Below, one piece after another: positions 1 through 12,337 of a stretch of 64,000 nt of DNA (positions are counted from its first letter, which is position 1; each line of letters starts with the position of its first letter). The stretch is from contig NW_002060956.1 in the NCBI RefSeq assembly GCF_000150275.1, positions 1,176,280 through 1,240,279 of the forward strand, given 5' to 3'. This DNA is from Trichoplax adhaerens (taxonomy: Eukaryota; Animalia; Placozoa). The position numbers and the translations under genes are program-made. The notes under the pieces are model-generated. The model worked only from the letters and a program-made list of their open reading frames with translations. It was not told where the DNA came from and searched no databases.

Positions 1-345
1 TCTAGTACAAACCATAAGTCACTAGTACATGTACGGCCGGTTCAACCAGTAGATACTAGAAGCCACGCCGTATATAGTAGTGGTCTGTGCCAAGAGCTAA
101 TAAAGAAATATTGACTATTACAACTTTTAGTGATAGTTGAATACTGTTTAAATCGATTGGGTACTACCATCGTTCCGACTTCTATCACCTTGTTATAGAA
201 AAGAGAAAACAGCTGAAAACTAAATCATTCTAAACTGGTATATTGGACAGCTTGGAAGATTGATTTCAACTAAGATAATTTGGAATTTATCTGGGATTGA
301 TCGCCTAATGCAATACACGTAATGTAATATAACCTTTTCCGTATC

Positions 346-3300
346 ATGATGAGAAAAGCCAAGATATTCATTATTGCAGCATTACTATGGTTATGCTTAC
401 TCCATTTGGAAGCTCATGCCAATATTAGCCCGGTATTGTTACTAGTTACTATTTTCAAAGCATTACAATTGAATTTTATTTACATAGGATCAATTTTAGT
501 CTATAATTGAGGAGTTTTTCTCATGAACGATAATTAATAGCAATTATAATCTCGGCCGGACTGCTTTAAAAGCATTGTAAAGTAGTGATTTTAATTTAAA
601 TGGATTCTATTATTACGGTTATAAGAGTAGTTTTTAGTTATCTGCTTTGATATAATTCTATAAGTATTGTTGCAATTCTATGCTAATGACTACTGTAAAT
701 CTATTTCGAGATCAAAGTATTATGTACCTATATAAGCGATGATCATAATCGACTCAAGAGAATCATAAAATTATCGCCAATTAATGACTTTAGCTTAATC
801 TACGATGAATTTACTACACAGCAAATTATCTAGATTAACAGCGATAGTGCCTAAAATCACGTTTATGGTCATTGTAAAAGCATTCTTATACATCCATGCT
901 AACAATCACCGTAAGCTACCTTGAAATGATCATAGAAAGTATCATGACCTATCCACGCTAATAACCACTATAATCTACTTCTGGATCATGAAAGTATCAT
1001 GATATGTATTTGTCTACATTATCCATCGCTGTTCTCTCTTTCTAGATGATGACAAAAATCAAGTCTAAATTAGATCATAAAAGTATCATAGTACGCGTTC
1101 GTCCATATTATCGATCGTCATTCTCTGTTTCTAGATGACGATCAAATCAAGTCTAAGTTAGCGATTAGTAAAAGCTACTTCACGATATTTTTAAAGTATC
1201 TCTAAACTGACGATCAGCGTAACCTCAATAAGTTCTACACATTATCATTCTACAGCTACATTAACGACAATTCTGATCTAGCTAGAGATTTTTATAAAAT
1301 TATTCTTACATATCTCCTATAATGACTACCGTGCTGGAATCGATTTTGACTAGCTTCTACTTTGAAACTATTATCAAAATATCATTTTATGTATAAGTGA
1401 GATAGTTCATTTAACCTTAACTAATCCTATTTATAAGAAAAATCGTTACTTAGTGGTCTAGTCTCCACGCTAGCCGTTTTAATACATCTTTGTCTGATGA
1501 GGGTAAAATGATTAACAAATAAAACTGTAGAATATGAGGCGATTGCTTTCAATTGGATCTACAATAAATTAGCTATACAAGTAGATTTATGTTGATATCG
1601 ATGTAGTTATAATGTATCTATGTAATGGCTTTGGCATAATTTTAATAGCCTTATACATTCAGGAACAATTTTTCTTATAATCATTAATTACCTAAATCGG
1701 TACTAAATGGTAATCATTTTACAGCTGTCAAAATTTAACTGTAAGGTCTCTTTCTGGTTTTAAGGTCAAAAGTATCTTACATTCAAGAACTTATTTTACA
1801 TATAGTTATCATATGAAATAACTATAATCGTTTTGTAGCTATAAAATCTTCGTTAGAAAGTATTCTCTCTGGTTACCAAGTCTACAGTATTATTAAGCTA
1901 AGAATTCTTTCCTAAGGGTTAATTATGATACAAATGGACTCAAGATCGCAATGTTTTGTAACCATGTAGTATTCGTCAGAAGGCACTTGATCTAGCTACG
2001 AGATTTACAGTATCTTGTACTTGATATTATAGTCATATCGTAGTCATTCAAGCGACCATTAACTATGATCCAAATACAAGTAAAATTTAATCCATTCATG
2101 ACAGTATAAGATCTGCTTGCCGATGAAAAACTGAAATTATTACTAGTGTATTAGCTGATAGCTTTCTAACATGGCTTAAATTTCTTTTTACTACCGTGTG
2201 TGCTATCTCAATCTCGTCAAAATAAAGAAGGATCTAGAGAAAGCTAAGATAGAGGTAAGATAAGCATCCATTTTCAGTCTGAGTGACATAATTTTATCCA
2301 GACGTATGATAGATGTAATTAGATTGATCTTTATGGCAATAGCATGGTATTTATAATTATCATTTTATTGTTTTACCCATAGTCAAGAGGAGATACCGGA
2401 GAATCTGGCCTTGCCGGAATGCGAATAACAACAACTAAAGTTTTGATATATCCGGATGATTTTGGCCGTAATGGAATGTTTGTAAGTCATCCCACTAATT
2501 AATTATGATATAATGTTCAAATTTCCTCAGTTATAGATTTTTTTCTTGAATGTCTGTCTGGCTACTGGCCATATTGTAAATTATCATGCTATATTAAAAC
2601 CGAATAGCAATCGTAATAAGTATCTACTTGGAAATTCTGTATATCTGTAAGGCTTTTTAGCAGTAAGTTTTTGCTATTCCATGTTAGTTGACTTCTTTAA
2701 GTACATCATAAATTCCCATATTTTATTCAGAACTTAAATTTGCAGTACAATAGTAATACACGCTCCCTTGAAGTTTTGGATATCGTCGAGATTTCTAGTT
2801 GTAGACTTTCTCTGTTCAATGTCTAGCTGAGTTCTCACTACCGTACCTAATAAACTCTCATATTTCGCTCATTACAACAGACTTGAGGAGTGACAATACT
2901 AAATGCCGGCTTAAAACTACTGTATGTCTACGTCAGTGCGTTTCCATATGATTACAGCTTGCACCCATTGAAGTATCTAGGCAATTTAGCTCATCGTAAT
3001 TTCTCATACTCCACTTAAGATCGCAAATGCAAGGAATAGTTGCAACAATTATTCGCTTAAAAATTACTCTTTTCATATAGCACTAATTAAAATTTATTAA
3101 ACTTCTCTTTTTCTCTTTCAGAGAACATTATTTATAGGTGAGAAAGGAGAAAAGGTAAATCTTGAAAAGTAGACCTCGTCCTTTATTCTATCTAGTAATA
3201 TTTACCTACTATTTTTAATAAATATTTAAAATAGGGTATGCCTGGAGACAAAGGACAAGCTGGAGATGCTGGACCGCCTGGATTAAAAGTAGAAAATCTA

Positions 3301-6300
3301 CTTATCAATCTATTTAAAAAGCTAGATAATAAAATCTTTTTATTTGATCGTGTTAATCCATTCACAATTTAAAATATCTGCATATAATCGTATTCTACTT
3401 TAGGGTAACACGGGCATAAGAGGTCCAATTGGGCCAACCGGACCTGACGGATCATCAGGATTGAAGGTATGCTAATCTTTGAGGATAGTTATAACCATTG
3501 ATTCTATCCTTTGCCCATGGAAGATTGACCATGTCATTATAAAATGGGATAATGACTTAATCTATAATTAATTGATAAAATGATGAAATTTTAATATCGA
3601 GAAGGCAATAATGATAGAAATTATTTACTAATTTAGGGACAAAATGGAAGCGTTGGAGCTCAAGGAATGAAAGGACCGATGGTAAGGGTTTTAAATATTC
3701 AATCTTGATATTATATATGTTAACATTTAGGCGTATATCTAGCTGAAATATACTTTATTAGGGTGATCAAGGAGTAAAAGGAGCAAGGGGTCCAGCTGGT
3801 ATAGATGGTCTAGAGGCAAGACTACCTTACAGTCATGATAGTAATTTAATGACTTCATTTAATAAATCAAAATTTATTGAAAATTTAGGGTATAGAAGGA
3901 GCACAAGGCTATCCAGGAGAACGTGGACTGCCAGGCTTAACGGGGCCTCCGGGAAATACTACCGGTGTAAGCAAATTCTGCAATCACCATCCTAATTCTT
4001 GTTCATCAATACAAAGATATGACCATCCAGCTTACGCGCATAGATTAGCACCGCGTACCGCACTAATTTTTAATAATCATTAGGGCAATAACAGTAAAGG
4101 ATTAAAGGGCGTAACTGGTGGCCAAGGGCCTTCCGGTGATCGTGGACAACCAGGTTCTCTCGGTAGCCCAGGTCTATCTGGATTATTGGGAAGAAATGGA
4201 ACAGTAGGAATTCGAGGTCCAACTGGAGATCAAGGAGTCTCTGGGCAGCCAGGTTGGAACTCATTTTTCGTTATGACTTCAAATGATTTATGTACTGCAT
4301 TAGCATCTAAAATTAATGCACTTTAACAGCTTTAATATTTCAGAAAGTATACTATTATAGCTCCAATTCTGATCAAAAGTCCTATATCAATAACTTTTAT
4401 GAAAACTTACCTGTGTTCGCGCTAGTAAAATCTTTATATTTATCAATACGCTGATGGTGTCGTTATCCTTCTAGGAACTCCAGGCTCATCTGGTCAGAAG
4501 GGTCAACAAGGTGTAAAAGGAGAAAAAGGTTTAACAGGGGATCGCGGTCCATCTGGACAAGTTATCGCCGGTATAGCTGGACTTAAAGGTCTTCCAGGTT
4601 TAAAAGGATCAAAAGGTCAGAGTGGAGACATTGGAGAACCAGGAACACCAGGTAATTTATACCTACGATTCCATGGATTACTTGCTATATCATCTCAAGC
4701 ATATGATATACCATTAGATAGGAATGAAGTGATTGAAAACAATTATTTTCCTAATTCTTTTTATGTCAATAATAATTTAGCGCCAGAAATTGCTGCTAAG
4801 CTTACTGCAGAAACACAAGGTGTTGCAGGAGACCCTGGAGTAAAAGGAATAAAAGGCTATCAAGGAAATCGTGGACCACAAGGAGATCGTGGATCCAATG
4901 GAACTAAAGGTTTATTGTAAATGATTAACGATTCCTTTACTGTCTGTCTTCAGCAAGAAATGAAAAATTTTTGTTAATTAACTGAAATATCGTTTACAGG
5001 TGAAAGTGGTGGCCAGTGCCTATCATGTCCGAAAGGTCAAAAAGGTCAGGTAGGACAAAAAGGTAATCGAGGACCAATCGGTAAAACTGGACTATCCTTG
5101 GCGGGTCCCCTTGGTGCTAATGGCGATGTTGGAGATCGTGGAGATCAGGGCAGTCCAGGCCAACCTGGAGAATTTGTAAGATCAATAGAATAGATAGGTT
5201 ATTACTTCCATTAATTAATGCAACTATTTAAATCTACTTGTAATCCATCATGCACGTCTAGCGTTTACAGTTTAACAAAATTTTATTAGCGCTAACATTA
5301 GGTAATGTGTTCTACGCTGCTTTGCAATTACAGGGAGTCATTGGTGATTTAGGAGAAGTTGGAATTAAAGGCAGTAAAGGAGACTTGCCTGTTAATATAA
5401 CCAAAGGAGATACAGGAGATCAATCTAATATCAAAGGTGTTTCTGGGGATAAAGGACAAACTGGTGTTATCGGTGATAAAGGACAAAAAGGGGTAACAGG
5501 TGATTTGGGCTCTAAAGGTATCCAGGGTAATGTTGGTGATAAGGTTAGTAAAGCTTTTCAAAATGGTTTGAAGATTCTTACTCCCTGGTTACTTATCTGT
5601 ACATTTCCTGATTCAATAGGGAATTAGAGGAGATACCGGGTTAAGAGGGCCTACAGAAATCGGCGATATTGGTCAAAAAGGTGAAAAAGGAACACCAGGC
5701 ATTCCCGGGTTAGCATTTAAAGGATTGAAAGGGAGCCAGGGTGATCAAGGGCTGAAAGGCGTAAAAGGAACTAAAGGTAATTTATGCGGTGATAGACTAT
5801 TTTGCCATTGTGACTTTTAATTTGTAAACTATTCAAGGTGTGAGCAACCCACGATGTATAGATAGTATATAGAATAGAGGAATATAATTATGCAATTAAT
5901 TCTAATCTAGGCCTAAAGGGAAACAGGGCCAATGGGACAATCGGAGCTCGAGGTGATCCTGGTGATCCAGGAGATCTGGGTAATCAAGGCCAGATTGGAT
6001 TGACAGGAGATCTTGGTGATGTGGGTGATGTTGGCATTAATGGCTCAAAAGGCCAAGTTGGTGATAAAGGAATATCGAATTTTACTGGTGATATCGGAGA
6101 AAGAGGAACAGATGCTATGCCACAAGGTCAGTTGGGATATATCGCCATAAATTTTAATTGATGTTAGGGCTTGATATTATGCGTTACATATTAAATAGGA
6201 AATTTAACCAACTAAAATTATTTTATACCATATTCAGATCCATCTACTGCTCCTAGTGGGCTTAATGGGACTAAAGGTGATAAAGGACAAACTGGAGAGC

Positions 6301-9300
6301 CTGCTACTACAGCTGGATCTAAAGGAGATGTTGGTAATATAGGATTACAGGGCGCTGTTGGTGATCGTGGTGATGGATTACTTGGCCCAGTAGGAGCTAT
6401 TGGAGATCAAGGTGTTCAAGGGCAGAAAGGTGAAGTTGGTTTTAGAGGCTTTAAAGGAAGTAAAGGTATAAAAGGTGCTCTAGGAAATCAAGGACAAACT
6501 GGTATGTATCAACTAACCTTATGTTATTTATCTATTTCTAATCTACCGGAGAGGTCTCTTGAAAGTAATCTAAAACTAATCCATGATCATCAATTAATTA
6601 GGTACAAGTGGTAGGAATGGAACTGATGGTATTAATGGCGTTAAGGGACAGAAAGGCGAAGCTTCAGGATTGCAATTTATTGGACAGAAGGGAAGCAAGG
6701 GTATTATAGGAGATATCGGTAAGAGATTATTAGAGCCTTTAAATTTTTTATAAATTGGACAATTTTTGACCTTGAAAACAAACTGCAGGCGATGCTGGTA
6801 GTAAAGGCCTTGTGGGAAACTTTGGTGATGGAGGAGACGTTGGGGGGTTTGGAATTAAGGGTAGTCTTGGCGATAATGCACCTACAGGCTTAAAAGGAAA
6901 CATTGGCGATTCTGGATCTGTGGGTACGAAAGGGGACAAAGGTCCAGTTTCTGTAATTAAAGGATTTTTGGGAGATGCAGGTAATCTCAATAGATATTTG
7001 TTGTTGTCAAATTGCCTACAATATTCAATCAATCGAAACATTTACAATTTGCCCTGATATTGTTCACAGGATTATCCGGTGATAAAGGTGGAATTGGATC
7101 TAGAGGGCCTATCGGTGAAAAAGGCCTACCAGGTGAAAAAGGAAACATTGGTAATATCGGTGATGATAATGTTGATCATGGAATAGATGGAACCAATGGC
7201 GCTATTGGTGATAAAGGTGATGCTGGTGTACCTGGTGTCCAAGGTCGAACTGGTGATAAAGGTAGCGTTGGTCAAACTGGAGATAAAGGAATCAAAGGAG
7301 ATACAGGATTAAAGGGCTTACAGGGTCCAATGGGTTTTCAAGGTAATTTATGAAAACTTTTGTGAATTATCTTGTATAAACCTTACTGATACCAAAATTT
7401 TAATCAATACTATATAGGAGTTAAAGGTGATGTTGGTGATTACGGACAAAATAATTCCGTCAAAGGATTACCTGGAGATGTAGGTGATAAAGGATTTCCA
7501 AGTAATGTCGCTGATAAAGGGCTACAAGGTGAAAAAGGTATTAAAGGTGAAGTAGGCCTTAGTGGTGAAAAAGGCATATTGGGATTGCAAGGGAATACGG
7601 GAACGACTGGTAAGCTCTTGACTAGAGAACGTTATTTACTTTATTCGCTTTTAACTGACAAATTCTTACATGTATTATTTGCAGGTAATACTGGTGATCA
7701 AGGGCCCAAAGGTTTTACTGGCGAAAAAGGAATTATAGGCGATAACTCGACGACACAAGGTGTAAAAGGAGATCGAGGAGAGCAAGGTCCTGTTGGAGAA
7801 ATAGGCCCGATTGGAATACAAGGCGATATTGGAATTAAGGCTCAAGGTCAAAAAGGCGAACAAGGTTTTAATGGTTCTACTGGTGTTATTGGCGATAAAG
7901 GAATATTAGGTATTTTTTATTGATAATTTCAAGCAGTCTTTACAAGATATAGACCGATCTATAAATTTAAATGCGACATACGCATTACTTAATATTTCAA
8001 CGTTTTTCTTGATGATCGAAACTTAGGTACTTCTGCGTGTGTCAGAATTACTATCGACTATAGAATGATCAAATATTTTACGCTGTTTTAAATGATGGAT
8101 TTAACGTATTCAAAGTTAAAAGTTGCGATTAGATTTCATCCAACGCTATATCATAGTAGAAATGTTCCTTAGACTTTGTCACCTATTTCTATGCATAAAA
8201 TCATCTCAGAAAGTACAAGAAATATAGAAATTTTCCTAATTTAGTGTACAGTGCAATAGAAGTATCATATATTAGAGCTATAATTCTTGTAATATCAGTA
8301 ATCAATTTCGAGGTTTAAACTAAGTTTATTTATTTAAACTTTTGTGTGTATAAAAATTGAAGTCGACTATCAATTCCATTGCAAATCAGTTTATATAGTG
8401 GAAGTATCATAATTAGAGTCAAATTTTAGATTGATATAAGATATTTCTATCATGCAATATCATATCTAAAATTCCCGGATAGTCCTCGTGATACAAATGA
8501 TCTATTTGGGTTCGAATCTAAAACTTGATTATTTGTGCTTTCGTACTGAAATACTTCAAAATTACAGTCCAATATAATTTACAATTGTACACACAATAGT
8601 TTTATAAATCGCCGTCTTAATTAAAACTAGAACTTGAGATACTGTATCGCGTAATGGTAGTATCCTGTGCTAGAGTTATAATCTTGGACATGATGTAAAT
8701 CAATTTAGAATTCTAACTTAATTAATGTACTTTTGTGCCCGTCAAAATTTTGGTCAGGCATAATTTACCATGGACATAATTCTACAGAATAGAGCTACCG
8801 TAATTAGAGGAAGAATTCTGAGATACCATATTGCACGATAGAAATATTTTATGTTAGAGCCGAACTCTACCATATACTAATAATCTAGAAAGTACCGGTA
8901 TATTTTATAGTCAATCAGTACCTATACTATAATCCATTTACTATAATAACCCTATAATATTCATTATCCAGCACACATGTAGATCCGCCTTGCTAAGTTA
9001 GATACGCGTTATTTTTTTACCTTTTCAGGCGTACTAGGTCCTACGGGTGTGTTAGGCCCTCAAGGCCAAAAAGGAGAATTAGGTTTGGGCGGCATTTTCG
9101 TATATGGAGCTAACGGTGATCAAGGTGTGAGGGGAGATCCAGGTCTTAAGGGGCCTATAGGAATGATTGGAAATGCTACTACTAAAGGAGATCCGGGCAA
9201 CAAAGGTATCATAGCACCAAATATGATTGCATTGCACTATATCAAATCTCGGAATTAGCGTTAACTATTTGTTGAAATTTGTCTATCTTATAGGCGATAA

Positions 9301-11548
9301 AGGTCTACCAGGTCAACCTGGTGATATGGGTTTAAATAGTACGCAACGTGGACTTCCAGGTGAGACAGGCGATCTCGGAGTAAAAGGAGTAATCGGTCAA
9401 GAAGGAGATATTGGCAGCATGGGGCCAAAAGGCCAACCATCACCACCAGGTACTCCTGGCCGGCCAGGCCAGAAAGGTGAACCTGGCATTCAAGGTGATG
9501 GAGGACCGATTGGCATAATTGGACCAACTGGAACACCTGGAAGAAATGGCTCAAAGGGAGAACGCGGTTTGCGTGGTATTCAAGGAGTTATGGGAGTTAA
9601 AGGAGACATTGGTCAATCAGGTAGACCTGGTCTATCTATTTCTGGACCTATTGGTGAGATCGGAGAAGTAGGTATTCCAGGTATTAATGGAACTAGTGGA
9701 GATGTTGGAGAGATCGGTGATCAAGGCCCTATAGGGAGAAGAGGAGATTCAGGGCTAAAAGGCATGACAGGAGAGCAAGGACAAGCTGGAGAGGTTGGAA
9801 TAAGAGGTGATAATGGCACAATTGGAGATGTAGGAGAGGCTGGCTTGCTATTTCGTAATTTGTCTGAAGTCGATTATACAATAAAAGGAGAACAAGGTGA
9901 TCAAGGTTATCAAGGAATGATTGGTGATCAAGGAGTCAAAGGTGATATTGGTCCACGCGGTCTAATAGGTTATAAAGGTGATCAAGGTGGAAGCATTGAT
10001 GGTGACATAGGGCGCAAAGGTTTAGCTAATTTAGTTAAAGGTGTACTGGGTGATGTTGGCAGTCTAGGATTATCTGGTGAAAAGGGGTTGGTCGGCATTT
10101 TAGGTTTTAAGGGCTTTCCAGGTGATCAAGGACCAAGTCGATCTTTTGCTGATGCTGGATTCCTCTTAACGGTCCATAGTCAAACTGATCAAATACCTGA
10201 TTGTCCTGGCAATCGAACTCGATTATGGATAGGATATAGTTTTCTAAGTATGACGGGTAAAAGCAAACACAGTGGACAAGATTTAAGTTCAGCTGGTTCT
10301 TGTTTAAGAGCATTTTCAACGGATCCTTTCGCTTACTGTAATGGTAACAACCTCTGCCATCGAGGTGGCAATAGCATGGTTACCTATTGGTTATCAACAT
10401 CGCTCACTCCAGCTATGATGACTCTGACTGGTCTTAACATTCGACCTTATATCAGCAGGTTGATGAAACTTTAAATACTGCATACATTAATCGAATTTAT
10501 AAATTTATTAAGCTATTACTAACAAGGTTTTTCAGTTATTACTATAGTTACATGTTACAATATATCTATCGATAGTCGTTACCAATAATAAGAATAACTT
10601 AGTGTATTCCACTTTGAATAAGTCATAAAGTGATTCGATAGTCAAGGTTTGACGTAGATTGTGAAATTGATGCAATTCAAGGATTTACGTCGGCAAGATT
10701 TCTGTACGATGGAAGTATAGATGATGAAATTAACTAATTATAGTACAGTGCGATATTGATGTTATTATCGACAATTAACAACCTAATTAATAAGAATAAG
10801 AGTAACAATTACATGAAAGAGATTTACATATATATCTTTCCCGTGGTTTACCATCAAGTTTTTAGTACTGTATTCGGTAATACTACAAATTTGATGATAT
10901 AGCTATGCCACCATGAATTTGATCAGTCTTTCTAATTTGTAGCATAATGATTAATTTCATGGTGGTTGATAAAGGTACATTAAATGTGTTTACTGCTGCA
11001 ATATTATTGAGCTCCAGGAGAAGCTAATTTTTATTTGATGTTTTGTTAAAATTTCAGATGCACTGTTTGTGAAGCTGAAGCAAATTCTATTGCACTCCAT
11101 AGCCAGTCTCAAACTCCACCTTCCTGCCCAAGTGGCTATGAATTGTTGTGGCAGGGCTACAGCTACTGGATGGTAAGATAATTAGTTGATAATGCTTCGA
11201 TTTGATCATGATTTGGTAATTGAGTGAATTGTTCCTGTACGTAATTTGCATGTGATTTGATATATTGCATTTTAATTGCAGCATACCGGTCAAGGAAAAT
11301 CTGTAGCAGGCCAAGACCTCTCTTCTCCTGGTTCTTGCTTAAGACGGTTCCAGTCAATGCCGTTTATTGAGTGTGATGGTCCTTCTGGTAGCTGTTTCTT
11401 TTACAGCAATTCTAAGAGCTTTTGGGTTACAGCAGTCAATGTTACCGATCAATTTGAGCCGCCGACTGCTACTGTACTCAATTTTAACGATAACCCTCAA
11501 TCTTATATCAGTAGATGCAGTGTTTGTTTAAGGAAATTTACGACCTAG
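346..11548 (+). CDS. COL4A: Type IV collagen alpha chain (signal peptide, interrupted Gly-X-Y domain, C-terminal NC1), ~1577 aa, 25 exons
   Basis: Hand-spliced exons: 346-432 (signal peptide MMRKAKIFIIAALLWLCLLHLEAHA), 2383-2481, 3122-3154, 3235-3288, 3404-3466, 3637-3681, 3762-3815, 3889-3966, 4084-4252, 4475-4651, 4781-4909, 5000-5175, 5334-5543, 5620-5776, 5911-6126, 6238-6501, 6602-6718, 6789-6980, 7070-7342, 7418-7609, 7685-7909, 9029-9205, 9294-10458, 11058-11172, 11282-11548. They total 4734 nt with consistent phases. The NC1 has two C4 repeats (HSQTDQIPDCP...GQDLSSAGSCLRAFS...ISRCTVC; HSQSQTPPSCP...GQDLSSPGSCL...ISRCSVC). Exons 1-3 are less certain than the rest. Confidence 0.96.
870..1160. 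repeat. Degenerate tandem duplication in collagen intron 1
   Basis: Recurring GATCAT(A/G)..AAAGTATCAT, and TCTAGATGA.GA..AAATCAAGTCTAA.TTAG at ~1041 and ~1130. Confidence 0.6.
1640..2040. repeat. Degenerate ~120-bp tandem repeats in collagen intron 1
   Basis: Related blocks (TACATTCA.GAAC, AATC.TTTT..AGCT, TCTCT..CTGGTT) recur at roughly 120-bp spacing. Confidence 0.5.
3816..3888 (+). other. GC-AG intron (collagen intron 7)
   Basis: The Gly-X-Y run ends GAG|GCAAGA and resumes after TTTAG|GGT. I found no in-frame GT donor, and the GC donor gives a clean 54-bp exon. Confidence 0.75.
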
Positions 11549-12337
11549 ATACATCATTCAATTCAATTATCGTATTTAAATAATGTTATTAATACGCATT
11601 CAATTTGTCCGCTCCACTCGTTAGCAGACCAGTTCATTTATTATTGATAAATTTTCTCCTATTAAAGTAAAAAATGCCATTACAGATGACTCAAATAGGC
11701 TATTATTACTAGCTGAATTTCTAACGTAGAATTGATATTTTCTAATAGTAAGGCGTGGAATTATATTAAAAAAATTCCAAAGTAATTTCGCAATTTTTCT
11801 GCCAATTAATCAATTATTCAATTGTTAAAGACTCCTTGGTACGGATTTATGATGAAAAACATAAATAAAACTTTCAATTTTTTATGTATCTAACGATAGA
11901 TAATATCATATGTCAGTAATTATTAATGGGAGTATGCAGACATAACGTGATCGTACTATATATAGATTGCATTGCTACCTACTAAGGTTATTGATATAAG
12001 TACCCTCCATAGCCTAATATGCCAGTAAGTATTAGAACTAAATCCAGCTTGGAAGCGCAGTAGATATTTACATCAATTGATATCTTATTAATAAAAAAAT
12101 TCATTTAATATCCAAAATGTAGCTTGTGAGGATAATTTAAAAGTATCCAGGACAGGTTAGGTGTTAATAAAGGCTAATATCCATTTAATAATATACGGCA
12201 ATTATTTTTTACCAGTTACAGTAGCTGGAGAAAAGGAACGTAACTGTACAGTACGTGTTAATCAAAATATTTTATGGCATTGAAAACTTTCGTGCTGTAA
12301 CTAATTTTAACTGTATGTATACAAATTTTTTCATTCT

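Noticed and set aside
2190-2254. Possible extra collagen exon ending GAG|GTAAGA
   Set aside because: There is no convincing acceptor, and the translation (VCYLNLVKIKKDLEK) is neither 7S-like nor collagen-like.
4070-11357. Minus-strand ORFs over the collagen gene
   Set aside because: They are antisense shadows of Gly-X-Y and NC1 exons with no independent motif.
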